Shown: piece after piece, positions 49,562 through 60,830 of the stretch | Position numbering within the stretch: the first letter of the stretch is position 1 | Layout of the letters: every line of letters begins with the position of its first letter | Assembly: GCA_963845755.1 (NCBI GenBank) | Contig: CAWJTV010000039.1 | Location: 64,001 to 128,000, forward strand | DNA: 64,000 nt | Source of the DNA: an uncultured Planctomycetota bacterium | GTDB lineage: Bacteria > Planctomycetota > Planctomycetia > Isosphaerales > Isosphaeraceae | Reading direction: 5' to 3' | The notes under the pieces: model-generated | What the model was told of the DNA's origin: nothing | Seen by the model: the letters and a program-made list of their open reading frames with translations, nothing else | Database searches by the model: none | Program-made: the position numbers and the translations under genes

Positions 49562-52500
49562 ATGAAAACGTCCGTAGCTCCCGAAAGCGCCCGCCCGCGT
49601 GTGGAGAAACCGAGTCCGGACGTCGAGCAGTTGGCCGCGATGATCGAACGCACGGCCCACCTCCTGCCCGCGCAGGGGCCGATCACCGTCTTCATCCACC
49701 ACAACACCCTGCACGCCTTCGAAGACCTGCCGTTCCATGAGGCGCTCAAGGAAGCCGCCCGGGTCTTCGGCTGCCAGATGTACCTGAGCGAGGACCGCTA
49801 TCGCGAGGAGCTGCGGCGGGGCCGGATCCGATTCGCGGAATTGCAGGAGGTGCTGGAGCAAGACCTGGGGGAAGGTGCGCGACGGCCGATCCCCGGCTTC
49901 GGGACGCGGCTCGAGCTGCGGCTGGCGATGCTCCAGTATCCGCTGCGGATCGGCCCGACGGAGGAACTGCTCTGGCACGTGGCCGAGGCCGACGCCCTGC
50001 GTCGGGTGCGGCCGGAGGTCTCTTCGGCCATCCGCGCACGCCTGATCGCCGAGACGCGTCGATGGGTGATGCGCGACCTGCGGGGCGGCAACGAACGCAC
50101 TCACGGCTCGCCCCATGCTCCGGCCCGGCAGCCGGTCCCCACCAGCCTGGCCAAGCTGCTCGTCCGGTTCGGCGAGTCGCGGATCGAGAACTGGAGCGAC
50201 GACGATTGGGAATCGTTCACGCTCCAGGCGTTGTGGCGGATCTGCCGCGACGGGGTCCGGGACCTGCCTCCCTACACGCCGGCGCCCGCGTCCGCCGTGA
50301 GGCATCGGGACCTGCTGCTGGAAGCCACCGGCGAGGATGCCGACGCCCTGGTCCATGCCGTGCTCATCCGGTTCTGCACGGCATTCCTCGACCAGGGTCT
50401 GGCGGCCTGGCCGCTGCCGCATCGGTCGGAGGGCTTCTATCGCGCGTTCTGCAAGCTGTACCGGCAGCCCGGTGGGCCGCCCGACCGCTGGCTGCGCGGG
50501 CCTCGCCGTGGAGCTGAAGCGGCTGGAAGAGCAGGGGATCAGCCCCCTGGAGTCGATCCGCGAGTCCCTGGAGGCCCTGGGCGTGGACCGGCAGGAGTGG
50601 GAGCCGTTCCTCCGCGCCACGTTGCTGGCGCTCCGCGGCTGGGGCGGCATGCTCGAGCAGATCGAGGTGCGTGGCGACCGGGTCGTGCAGCCGGTGCCGC
50701 GGGGAAGCCTGGTCGAATTCCTGGCGATCCGGCTGCTGCTCGACCGGTTCGCCCTGGCCGACACGGCGCGCGAGGCCCTGGGGTTCACCGGCCCCCTCTC
50801 CATGCTGCGGGGCCTTGCGTCGTACTGGCCACCCAGCGTCGAGCAGCGGCGCGTTCGTCGTCTTCCAACTGGCCCAGGTCCACGGGCTCTCGCCCGACGT
50901 GCTCCATCGGCTGAGCCGGTCCGAATGGGCGGCGGTGCTCGAGGAGATCGAAGCCTTCACCGCGATGGAGCGTCGACGGGTCTTCCACCTGGCCTACGAA
51001 CGGCGATTCTACACGCAGACCCTCGACGCCATCTCCCTCCACGCCCGGAAGCCAATCGACACGCCGGCGCAGCCGCGGTTCCAGGCGATCTTCTGCCTCG
51101 ACGAGCGCGAGGAGTCGATCCGTCGACACATCGAGGAGCTGGCCCCGGACGCCGAGACGCTCAGCACGGCGGGCTTCTTCTCGATCGCCATGTACTTCCG
51201 CGGGGTGGCCGATGCGCACTTCGTCCCGCTCTGCCCGGCGGTCATGCGACCGCGGCACTGGGTCGTCGAGCGGGTGATCGACCGCCTCGAGCTCGATAGC
51301 CGCCGCCGCGCCCGGACGCGACGCGTGCTGGGGATCGCCTCCCACCGCTTCCACACCGGCAGCCGCTCCTTGACCGTCGGTGCGGTGCTCGCGGCCGCGG
51401 TCGGCGTCCTGGCCTCGATCCCGCTGGTCGCCCGCACCCTCTTCCCGCGGCTGACCTCGCAGATCCGCCGGCGGTTCGGCACCTTCGTCATCCTCCCCAC
51501 CGCTGACCCGCTTGCAGTTGGAGCGGGCCGACCCGACCTCCGGACCCGAGGACGGGCATCTGGGCTTCACGCTCGACGAGATGACCGGCCATCGCGGAGA
51601 CGGTGCTCCGGGAGCTCGGCCTGACCTCGCGGTTCTCCCGGCTCGTACTGCTCCACGGCCACGGCTCGACCAGCATGAACAATCCCCACGAGTCGGCGCA
51701 CGACTGCGGCGCCTGCGGCGGGGCGCGGGGCGGGCCCAACGCCCGTGCCCTGGCCCAGATCCTCAACGACCCGCGCGTCCGGGAGCGGTTGTCCGACCGC
51801 GGGCTCGCGATCCCGAGGGAGACGATCTTCGTCGGCGGCATGCACAACACCAGCAGCGAGACAGTGACCTTCTACGACCTGGATCTGATCCCCGAGTCGC
51901 ACCGCCGGGAGTTCGAATCGGCCCGGGCGATCATCGAGGAGGCCTGCGACCGGAACGCCCACGAGCGTTGCCGGCGGTTCCGATCCGCCCCGCTGACGCT
52001 CTCCTTCCAGGGCGCCCGCCAGCACGTGGAGGGACGCGCCGAGGACCTGGCCCAGGTGCGGCCCGAATGGGGGCACGCCACAAACGCCATCACGATCGTC
52101 GGCCGGCGGGATTGGACCCGCGGCCTGTTCCTGGATCGCCGCGCGTTCCTGACCTCGTACGACCCCACCCAGGACGACGCCGAGAGCTCGATCCTGACCC
52201 GCATCCTCTCGGCCGTCTTCCCCGTCTGCGCCGGGATCAACCTCGAATACTACTTCTCGTACGTCGACAACTACGGCTGGGGATGCGGCACCAAGCTCCC
52301 CCATAACATCGCCTCGCTGCTGGGGGTCATGGACGGCTACATGAGCGACCTGCGGACCGGCCTGCCCTGGCAGATGGTCGAGATCCACGAGCCGGTGCGA
52401 TCGCTCTTCATCATCGAGACGACGGCCGAGTCGATGCTGCGCATCATCGAGCGGAACGAGGGGATCCGCCGCCTCTGCTCCCACGGCTGGATCATCCTCA

Positions 52501-52695
52501 CGCTGATCCATCCGGAAACGAAAGCGGTCAGCCTGTACGAGGACGGTCGGTTCCAGACCTACCAGCCTCAGGCCACGGTGCTGCCCCGGGCCGCGTCCTC
52601 CGTTCGACTGGTATCGCGGCTGGCGGGATCACCTGGAGTTCGCGGAGATCGAGCCCGAAGGCCCCTCGGATCGGGGAGGATGCGATGTCTCATGA
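49562..52695 (+). CDS. dabA: DabA/DUF2309 (UPF0753) inorganic carbon transporter subunit (frameshifts)
   Basis: [24 protein letters not shown] and DCGACGG Zn ligands; [35 protein letters not shown]. Confidence 0.92.
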
Positions 52696-54083
52696 GCCGT
52701 CCTGGCTGACGTTCCTCGGCGTCGTCGTCGTCGCGGCGCCGCTTGCTCCTGACGCTGTCTGCTCGGCGTCTCCTCGCTGCTGGATCGGAAACTCGCCGAG
52801 GACACGACGACGCGAGCGGTCCAGGTCGCCGTGATCTCCGGGCTGACTCGCCGCGGTCGCGGTCCTGATCGCGATGCTCGCGCTGGGGACGCGGCACGTG
52901 ACGATCAGCCTGGGGAATTGGGTGGCGATCCCCCGCCACTACCACTTCTCGATCAAGCTCCTCTTCGACCGGCTGTCGGTCCCGATGGCCATCCTGTCGT
53001 TCATCCTGGCGGGCACGATCGGCGCATTCGCCAGCAAGTACCTCCATCGCGAACGGGGCTTCAATCGCTTCTTCGTGCTCTACGCGCTATTCCTGCTGGG
53101 CATGGTGGTCGCCTCGCTGGCCGGTACGATCGAGACTCTGTTCACCGGCTGGGAGCTGGTCGGGCTCTCCTCGGCACTGCTGGTCGCCTATTTCCAGGAA
53201 CGTCCGGCCCCGGCGCGGAACGGCCTGTGGGTCTGGACGAACTACCGGATCTCGGACGCGGCGCTGCTGCTGGCCTGCGGTGGCCATGCACCACCTGCGC
53301 GGCGAGGGCGACTTCGACGCGCTGCTCGGTGCGGCACCCTGGCCCGAGGCCCACGCGAACCTGCCCGCGTACCAGGCCTTCGTGGTCGGCATGCTGCTCC
53401 TGGTCGCGGCGGCCGGTAAATCCGCCTTGATCCCCTTCTCGGGCTGGTTGCCGCGTGCCATGGAAGGCCCGACACCCTCCAGTGCCGTCTTCTACGGAGC
53501 CCTCTCCGTCCACCTGGGGACGTTCTTGCTGCTCCGGATCAGCCCTCTCCTCGAACGTCTCCGCGTGGCTCTCGGCCATGGTCGTGGCCATCGGGCTGAC
53601 CACCGCCGATGTTCGCCTACCTGGCGGGGAGCGTCCAGGCGGACATCAAGTCGGCGCTGTCGTATGCGTCGCTCACCCAGGTCGGGATCATCACCGTCGA
53701 GGTTGGCCTGGGCTTTCGCTACGTGGCGCTGATCCACCTGCTGGGCCACGCCTGCCTGCGTGCGCTGCAATTCCTGCGGGCACCGACGCTGCTCCACGAT
53801 TATCACACGCTGCGAGAACGCCATCGGCGACCACTTGCCGGCGGCCGGGGTCGCCTGGGTCCGCCTGCCCGCGCAGCGCGCCGGCAACTGGCTCTATCGC
53901 CTGGCCATCCAGCAGGGCTATCTTGATGCGTTCTTGTCGGATTATCTCGTCGGGCCGTTCGTACGGCTCTTTCGCTGGTTCGACAGGCTTGAGCGGCGAT
54001 GGACCGACTTCCTCGCGGGAGAGGCGTCGCGCGAGTCGGACCAGGTCAAGCCGCACTTTGGAACGATCGAAGAATTCGCATGA
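52685..54083 (+). CDS. dabB: NuoL/ND5-like membrane subunit (DabB-type; frameshifts)
   Basis: [60 protein letters not shown]; overlaps the dabA stop. Confidence 0.88.
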
Positions 54084-55559
54084 ATCCGCTGTCACTCCCC
54101 TGGCTCGAGATGTCGATCGCCGTCACCCTGCTCGGCTCCCTCTGGGTCAGCCGGCTGCGGGAGCCGATCCGCGCCTACCATCGGGGCCTGGCATTCACGG
54201 GGACCGCGTTCGTCTGCACGCTCCTGGCGTGGCTGGGCTTCTACCTGCGGATTCCGGTCGACGCCAGCCTGGCGCTGAGCCCACAGTACCGTCTCCTCAG
54301 CCGGCAGATCTTCGCGCTGGACGAGCTGAACGCCCCCCTGGTGCCGGTCGTGGCCCTGATCCACTTCCTGACGGCGCTGGCCACGGCGCGGGTGAAGATG
54401 CGCCGATACTCGATCGCCTGGTCGATGGCCGCCGAGTCGATCCGCCTGGCCATGTTCTCGGCCACCGAGCCCTGGGTTCTGATCGCCTTGCTGGCCGCAT
54501 CGACCATACCGCCCTACATCGAGCTGGCGAGCCGAGCGCCGCCCGACACGCATCTACGTAATCCACATGATGCTCTTCGTCGGGTTGCTGGTGCTGGGGT
54601 GGTCGGCCGTCGAGCTTCGGGGACGAGACGCGATCCCGACGGCCCTTGCGAGCATTCTCCTGCTGCTGGCGACCTTGGTGCGGTGCGGGACCGTCCCGGC
54701 CCACTGCTGGGTTACCGACTGGTTCGAGCACGCCACGTTCGGCAATGCGATTCTGTTCGTGTGTCCCCTCGGCGGTGTCTACGCCGCCGTCCGGCTCGTG
54801 CTCCCGATCGCACCGGACTGGGTCCTCCACGGTATCTCGATCGCCTCGCTGATCACGGCCGTCTACGCCGCGGGGATGGCCGTGGTCCAGAACGAAGTGA
54901 GGCGGTTCTACGCCTTCCTGTTCTTGAGTCACGCCTCGCTCGTGCTCGTCGGGTTGGAGCTGGACACCGTCATGTCACTGACGGCCTCGTTGTGCCTGTG
55001 GTTCTCGGTCATCCTGTCGCTGACCGGCTTCGGCCTGACGCTCCGGGCACTGGAATCCCGGTTCGGACGGCTCTCCCTCACCAGCTTCCACGGCCTCTAC
55101 GAGCACACGCCCGCGCTGGCCGTCTGTTTCCTCCTGACGGGACTGGCGAGCGTTGGATTTCCGGGCACGCTCGGCTTCATCTCGACCGATCTGCTGGTCG
55201 ACAGCGCCGTGGAGGTCAACCCGACCCTCGGGATCGTGGTGGTCGCGGCGGCGGCCCTCAACGGGATCGCCGTGGTGCGGGCGTATCTCCACCTGTTCAC
55301 CGGAGCCCGCCATGTTTCGACGATCTGGCTGGGGATCGGCACGCGCGAGCGGATCGCGGTCCTGACACTGACGGCGATGATGCTTCTCGGCGGGCTGTTC
55401 CCTCAGCCCGGCGTGACGACCCGCCAGCGCGCGGCGGAAGCGATCCTCGAGGATCGGCGGTCCCGCCAGCGGGACCGGCGGGTGGAAGAGAGAATCTCCG
55501 CCCCGCCTACGGTTGCCGAGAAGATCCCGCCCCCGGCCAATGCGAGACCTTCGTCGTGA
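54080..55559 (+). CDS. NuoM/ND4-like proton-translocating membrane subunit (frameshift near 54540)
   Basis: ATGA overlap with the previous stop; VRCGTVPAHCW, LASVGFPGTLGF; many TMs. Confidence 0.85.
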
Positions 55560-55712
55560 ATGCTGGATCGGCCGATCGACGCGACGCCGGGATTGCGGGA
55601 TCGTGACGGATTTCCGGGGAGCCGGCACCCCTTCGGGGTGCGACGAGATTGGTGCGCCCAAGCCCCCAGGGTTTCGCCCTCACCAGAATCCGCGACGGTC
55701 AGAGTGTCCCCG

Positions 55713-56381
55713 TCAACGATGCGACGTCACGCCGACCTGCCGGCACATCGCGAGCAAGGGGCAGGTCGAGCATCTGGGCCGGATGCCGGTGCAGATGGAC
55801 TTGCCGAACGGGACGAGCCGCTCGTTGATCTCGACCCAGTAGCGTTCCGGCAACCTGGCGGCGAGCGCGGCCATGGTCTGCTTGGCGGTCGAGGTGTTGA
55901 CGTAACCCCAGCGATTGGCGACCCGGTGAACATGAATATCGACGGCGATCGCGGCCCGGCCGAATCCGACGGCCAACGTCAGGGCGGCGATCTTCGGGCC
56001 GACCCCGCGGAACCCGATCAGTCCCTCGATCGTGTCGGGCACCAGGCCCCCATGCTCCGCGACGATCCGCCTCGACAGGGCGATCAGGTCGCGCGCCTTG
56101 GCCACGGGGAACGATGTTCCCCGGAGCAGCCGGACGAGCCGCGCCTCGTCGATCGCGGCCATCGACGCGGGCGTCCGGGCCGTGGCAAACAGGCGGAGAC
56201 AGACCGCGATCGTCGTCTCGTCCCGCGTCCGGGCCGAGATCAGGCTGCCGACGAGCTGCTCGAACGGCGAGGAATAGCCCCGGTCGCGCAGCTCGAACAT
56301 GGCCGCCTTGGGCACGCCCGCCACGGCCTGGCGAAGCCGTCGGAAAACTTCGTCGATGTCGAACGGTTCCTTCGCCCCCAT
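55713..56381 (-). CDS. nth: Endonuclease III
   Basis: PFEQLVGSLISARTRD, HhH GVGPKIA, VDIHVHRV, C-x6-C-x2-C-x5-C Fe-S motif. Confidence 0.95.
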   Translation of the reverse strand: MGAKEPFDIDEVFRRLRQAVAGVPKAAMFELRDRGYSSPFEQLVGSLISARTRDETTIAVCLRLFATARTPASMAAIDEARLVRLLRGTSFPVAKARDLIALSRRIVAEHGGLVPDTIEGLIGFRGVGPKIAALTLAVGFGRAAIAVDIHVHRVANRWGYVNTSTAKQTMAALAARLPERYWVEINERLVPFGKSICTGIRPRCSTCPLLAMCRQVGVTSHR

Positions 56382-56432
56382 GCCCCGATCACCGGCAAAC
56401 GGCGGGCCGAATCCGTCCAGGGACCCACGGAC

Positions 56433-57380
56433 TCAAGGATTGTCGTCGCCGACCACCAGCGAGGGGAGTATCGGCGGGCCATTCTCGCCGGACGTCTCGC
56501 GATCCGGAGACTCGGGTTTGAGGATCTCCGCCATCTGGCGGGCCAGGGCCTGGAACTCGCGTGGGTTGGCGGGTGCCTGCGCCAGCCGGACATTCGAATC
56601 CGTCGCCGGTGCGAACGGATAGTTGGGCATGCTGACCTGGTGGTTGAAGAGGTTATAGACCCCATACACCACGTCGATCTCCCAGCGCCCGGCCATCTCG
56701 ATCTCCTGGCGGAGGACGAATGCCGCCTGGGCGGCATTGAGGCAGACCGCCGTCTCGATGAGGGCGTCGCGGAAATAGGGCGACTGCCGGCCGTCCCGTC
56801 CCCAGACTTCATCCAGGCCGTTGGCCGCCTCGCGGACCGAGACGAAGATCCGCTGGAGGATCGACCGCAGGGCCGGCGACGTCGATCTCGACCAGAATTT
56901 CAGCGGCCGGAGATACGCGTCAACCGCCCCGGTCACGGCGCCGCAGCCGCTGTGCCCCAGTACGACGATGACCTTCACGCTCTCGCTGAGCGCCTCGACG
57001 GCGAAGTCGATGCTCCCCAGACAGACGTCCCCCAGGACGTTCCCGGCGACGCGGATGACGAACAGGTCGTTGAAGCCCTGGCCGAAGATCATCTCCGTCG
57101 GCACGCGGGCATCGGAGCAACCGATCACGACCGCGAACGGGGCCTGCTTCGGCATCCCGCCCTGCTTCCGCACCATCCCGACCTCGAGCCCATTGCACTG
57201 GACAACGTACCCCGACTCCTCGCCCACCGTCACCTCATGGTTCTGGCAGCTCGCCATCCATCGCGCGAACATCCGGTTGCCATCTTCCAGGTTCTTCCGA
57301 GCCAGGTCCGCGTCGGGCGGGGAGGGCTTGGTGCTCGGGTTCTTGGGATCGAATCGATAAACATAATTAATAGTATTCAT
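56433..57380 (-). CDS. Beta-class carbonic anhydrase
   Basis: LEDGNRMF, GCSDARVP, FVIRVAGN, GHSGCGAV. Confidence 0.92.
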   Translation of the reverse strand: MNTINYVYRFDPKNPSTKPSPPDADLARKNLEDGNRMFARWMASCQNHEVTVGEESGYVVQCNGLEVGMVRKQGGMPKQAPFAVVIGCSDARVPTEMIFGQGFNDLFVIRVAGNVLGDVCLGSIDFAVEALSESVKVIVVLGHSGCGAVTGAVDAYLRPLKFWSRSTSPALRSILQRIFVSVREAANGLDEVWGRDGRQSPYFRDALIETAVCLNAAQAAFVLRQEIEMAGRWEIDVVYGVYNLFNHQVSMPNYPFAPATDSNVRLAQAPANPREFQALARQMAEILKPESPDRETSGENGPPILPSLVVGDDNP

Positions 57381-57549
57381 TGCAAAGTCCATTGTCGATA
57401 CGGATGTGATCTGCGAGCTGCTGGCAATCGACGCGGGGTGCACTCGGGGACGATCAATCTCACCGGATCGATCATAGCGTATGATAGACCGCCATGGGCC
57501 GCCACGCAAGTGGCGGCATGCAACCCGAACCTGGTGGGAGATCCCGGTG

Positions 57550-57972
57550 ATGAAGTCGCACACCGAGTATCTGACGTTCGACGTGCCGGCCCGGATGGAC
57601 TTCCTCAACATCACGCGGCAGGTGGAGGAAATCGTCCGCAAGAGCGGCGTGCAGGAGGGCCTGGTCCTGTGCAATGCCATGCACATCACAGCCAGCGTCT
57701 TCATCAATGACGACGAGCCGGGTCTGCACGAAGATTACAAGAAATGGCTGGAGGAGCTCGCACCCTTCGACCCGTCGCCGCAGCGTTACAAGCACAACCG
57801 CACCGGCGAGGATAACGCCGACGCCCACCACAAGCGCCAGATCATGGGCCGCGAGGTGGTGGTGGCCGTGACCCGGGGAAAGCTCGACTTCGGGCCATGG
57901 GAACAGATCTTCTACGGCGAATTCGACGGCCGCCGGCCCAAGCGAGTGCTCATCAAGGTGATCGGGGAATAG
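57550..57972 (+). CDS. yjbQ: YjbQ/UPF0047 family protein
   Basis: [37 protein letters not shown]. Confidence 0.93.
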   Translation: MKSHTEYLTFDVPARMDFLNITRQVEEIVRKSGVQEGLVLCNAMHITASVFINDDEPGLHEDYKKWLEELAPFDPSPQRYKHNRTGEDNADAHHKRQIMGREVVVAVTRGKLDFGPWEQIFYGEFDGRRPKRVLIKVIGE

Positions 57973-58244
57973 TCGCCACGGCATCGTGGGATCTTCCCGA
58001 TGAGGGTCCAGGCTCGATGACTCCACGCAAGAGAAACGCCCTGAACGGAATCGCTCAGCCTGGGGGAGGGGATCCCCCATTTCCAGAAAGGCTTTCACGT
58101 TCAAATGAATGAGCTGATTCCGTTTTGGAGATCTTGCGATTCCTCTTGCGCGGAGTGATCGAGCCTGCCCGCCCACATTCCCGGTCCGCCCGGCGGGTCG
58201 GCCCGCCCGCCGCAGGCTGGGCGACGGGCACGCCTCCGCTCGGA

Positions 58245-58454
58245 TCAGGTCCGGTCGAAACTCGAGGTCTCGAAGTGCTGGACCTGGCGCTCGGCTTCGT
58301 CGCGAGCGATCCCGTAGCTCTTCTGGATCGCGCCGACGAGCTGATCGCGCTGGCCGGCGATGACATCGAGCTCATCATCGGTCAGCTTGCCCCAGGCTTC
58401 CTTGACCTTGCCTTTGAATTGCTTCCAATCGCCCTTCATCGTGTCCCAATTCAT
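58245..58454 (-). CDS. CsbD family stress protein
   Basis: MNWDTMKGDWKQFKGKVKEAWGKLTDD..GAIQKSYG. Confidence 0.93.
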   Translation of the reverse strand: MNWDTMKGDWKQFKGKVKEAWGKLTDDELDVIAGQRDQLVGAIQKSYGIARDEAERQVQHFETSSFDRT

Positions 58455-58559
58455 GGGTTGCTCCTCATTGGAAAACGATCCGGAAACCCCCCGCGCCAGA
58501 CACTCCTGGCGGGCGAGGTTCGGCCTCTTGAGTCGATGGTCCATCGTCCCCGGGCCGCA

Positions 58560-58730
58560 TCAGGCGATCGGGGCCCGGGTGCGCCCGAGAACCAGCGAGA
58601 CCACGAACAGGATCAGGAACAGGAGGAACAGGATCTTCGCGATCGAAGCCGCCGTCCCGGCGATGACTCCAAAACCCAAGACCGCGGCGATCAACGCGAT
58701 CACGAGGAATGTCACTGCCCAGCTCAACAT
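58560..58730 (-). CDS. DUF1328 (YtjA-like) small membrane protein; not in the ORF track
   Basis: [55 protein letters not shown]. Confidence 0.92.
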   Translation of the reverse strand: MLSWAVTFLVIALIAAVLGFGVIAGTAASIAKILFLLFLILFVVSLVLGRTRAPIA

Positions 58731-58820
58731 CGGATTGCTCCTCTCTCATGTTGTCCGTCTCAACGACGGTGGAAATCACATGTCTTTTCAATCATCCGCA
58801 ACACACTTTTGTTTGGTAGT

Positions 58821-58836
58821 AGCAAACCGTGTGCCG
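58821..58836 (-). promoter_or_regulatory. sigma54 promoter for DUF1328-csbD
   Basis: CGGCACACGGTTTGCT (GG-N10-GC). Confidence 0.75.
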
Positions 58837-58847
58837 CGGTCTGGCCG

Positions 58848-59046
58848 TCACCAGGGTTTCAACTTCCAGCCCAGGATGAAGCCGATCCCGAACGCCCATG
58901 CCGCGAAGGACAAGGGGTTCGACCGCGCGTAGTCCTCGGTCGAACTCGGCCACGGATCGGACCGTCGACTCGACCCAGTTCTCCACGCGGCCCGGGGCCG
59001 CCCGGAGTGCGTCTTCCGCGGAATGCACGTCGTATACTCGCGACAT
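58848..59046 (-). CDS. Small DUF883/ElaB-like tail-anchored protein (frameshift)
   Basis: GAGGAG RBS; EDYARSNPLSFAAWAFGIGFILGWKLKPW. Confidence 0.7.
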
Positions 59047-59146
59047 GTCCTTGGTCTCCTCAAAGTGATGGGTTCTGCCGTCGCATCGAGCTCGGCCGTC
59101 TGAGGAAGCTGTTGTCAGTCCTCGCGGTCCCACATCTCTCTTGTAG

Positions 59147-59162
59147 TGCAACTGCGATGCCA
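59147..59162 (-). promoter_or_regulatory. sigma54 promoter
   Basis: TGGCATCGCAGTTGCA. Confidence 0.75.
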
Positions 59163-59197
59163 GAGTTCGGAGCCCATCTCGAAGCGGACCGGAAGAG

Positions 59198-59213
59198 TGG
59201 CATGGAATCTGCA
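59198..59213 (+). promoter_or_regulatory. sigma54 promoter for the CBS gene
   Basis: TGGCATGGAATCTGCA. Confidence 0.7.
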
Positions 59214-59304
59214 AATGCAGATGAGAGTGAGATCGGCGACGATCCGTGTTGGGATCGATCGAGGGTCCGATCGTGCCTGAAGCAATGGAGAGGTCGTGAC
59301 AATC

Positions 59305-59748
59305 ATGGAACATGACGAATTGAAATCACTGTCCAATTTGACGGCCGCCGATGTGATGACGGCAGCCCCGCGGACGTGTTCGCGGTTCAGCACGGTCCTC
59401 GAGGCCGTGATGATCTTCCGCGACGCGGATTGCGGCGCCGTGCCGGTGCTGGAAGAGGGGAAACCGGTCGGCATCGTGACCGACCGCGACGTCGCGATCG
59501 CGCTCCCCGACACGCCCGACCTGTTAAATCGCCCGATCGGCGAGATCATGTTGACGGGCCTCGTGTCGGTCGCCCCCGGAGATAGCCTGAGCCATGTCCA
59601 CCAGGTGCTCGCCTCCCAGTCGATTCGTCGCGTCCTCGTTGTTGACGCGACCGAGCGACTCGTGGGCATCATCGGTTGGGCCGATATCGCGCCGGTCTTG
59701 TCGGAGCGCCTGATGGGCCGACTCGTTACTGAAGTGGTGGAGTCTTAG
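59305..59748 (+). CDS. CBS domain pair protein
   Basis: ADVMT, CGAVPV, VGIVTDRD, IRRVLVVD..LVGII. Confidence 0.92.
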   Translation: MEHDELKSLSNLTAADVMTAAPRTCSRFSTVLEAVMIFRDADCGAVPVLEEGKPVGIVTDRDVAIALPDTPDLLNRPIGEIMLTGLVSVAPGDSLSHVHQVLASQSIRRVLVVDATERLVGIIGWADIAPVLSERLMGRLVTEVVES

Positions 59749-59778
59749 TCGCTTCGCTCCGGTGGACAGTAGGTAGTC

Positions 59779-59924
59779 GAGTCGTCCTCCGTAGGATCCC
59801 TGCGCCGTGCGCGCCTCTGGGGATTCCGAATTCCGGATTCCCGGATCCTTCCCCTTCGGGAATCCGGAATCGCGAATCGGGAATCCCGATGGGGTTGCGG
59901 CCGAAGGACGCGTTAGGCAGTAGG
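59779..59924. repeat. About 150-bp direct repeat, copy A (internal heptamer palindrome)
   Basis: 36 nt identical to 60675-60710; shared tail GAATCCCGATGGGGTTGCGGCC..CGCGTTAG. Confidence 0.85.
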
Positions 59925-59987
59925 TAGTAAACGCAAAACCGCGTTGTTGTTTTACTGCCTACTGCCTACTACATACTGCCCACGCGA

Positions 59988-60494
59988 CTAACGCGCCGGA
60001 CGGCCGCTGTGAAGCAGGACGGTGCGGACCCAGTTCATGTTGCGGGCGAGTTCCTCGCGGCTGATGGGGAATCCCACGGCCGCGCGTCGCAACTGGCTGG
60101 CGGCAATGGCGATGCCGGCCCCCCCGATGAAGAGGGTCACGAGGGCAACGCTCAGGAAGGCGGCGCCGCGGTTCATCCCCAGCCCGGAGGCCAGTAACTC
60201 GGCGATTCCGATCAGGATCACGGGAAGGCTGGCCAGGGCCAGGGCGGTGCCGGCCAGGATCACCGCGCCGGTAACTTTGACGGCATCCGCGTTCTGCCGG
60301 ATCTCGATCGCGGTCAGCCGCGCCTGTAGCTCGCAGAGGGACAGCAGATTGTCGCCGAACTCGGCGACTCCGCTGATCACCTGACCCGGTCCGCCTTCAT
60401 CCTTGGGGCCCGTGGCATTGCCGGGTTCGGCGACCACGGCACCCCGTCGGCCCGCCAGCGAGCCATTGATTCTTACCGTCGCTTGATTAGCCAT
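59988..60494 (-). CDS. YqjE-like / phage holin family membrane protein
   Basis: LSLCELQARL, two TMs, SREELARNMNW. Confidence 0.8.
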   Translation of the reverse strand: MANQATVRINGSLAGRRGAVVAEPGNATGPKDEGGPGQVISGVAEFGDNLLSLCELQARLTAIEIRQNADAVKVTGAVILAGTALALASLPVILIGIAELLASGLGMNRGAAFLSVALVTLFIGGAGIAIAASQLRRAAVGFPISREELARNMNWVRTVLLHSGRPAR

Positions 60495-60673
60495 CCCAGA
60501 ATGACTCCCGCTGCCAGGGCGGCCCCCAGGGCCAGGGCCGGTCGGTTGGTGATGAGGTCCTTCACGAATTCCCCGGTCCCGGCCAGGTAATCGTTCGCCC
60601 GGGCGAACATCTCGCCGGCGCCCTCCCGTTCCCGCGATCCGGACGATGCGTGATCTCGTGCGATGGATATCAT
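60473..60673 (-). CDS. Small DUF883-like protein
   Basis: GGAGG RBS; NRPALALGAALAAGVILGWLIKRR. Confidence 0.8.
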   Translation of the reverse strand: MISIARDHASSGSREREGAGEMFARANDYLAGTGEFVKDLITNRPALALGAALAAGVILGWLIKRR

Positions 60674-60674
60674 A

Positions 60675-60830
60675 GAGTCGTCCTCCGTAGGATCCCTGCG
60701 CCGTGCGCGCATCTGGGGGATACCCGATTCGTGATTCCCCATTCGCCACTCCCCATTCCGGATTCCGAATCCTTCTTCATTGGGAATCGCGAATCCCGAT
60801 GGGGTTGCGGCCCACGGCCGCGTTAGTAGG
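60675..60830. repeat. About 150-bp direct repeat, copy B
   Basis: Matches copy A at both ends; contains the RBS of the 60673 gene. Confidence 0.85.

Noticed and set aside
52685..55559. Respiratory complex I or Mrp antiporter operon
   Set aside because: No other nuo or mrp subunits; coupled to DUF2309
59988..60494. Prophage lysis gene
   Set aside because: The holin-family label covers YqjE-like stress membrane proteins; no phage genes nearby
59779..60830. CRISPR array
   Set aside because: Only two 36-nt copies about 900 nt apart with genes between; no cas genes
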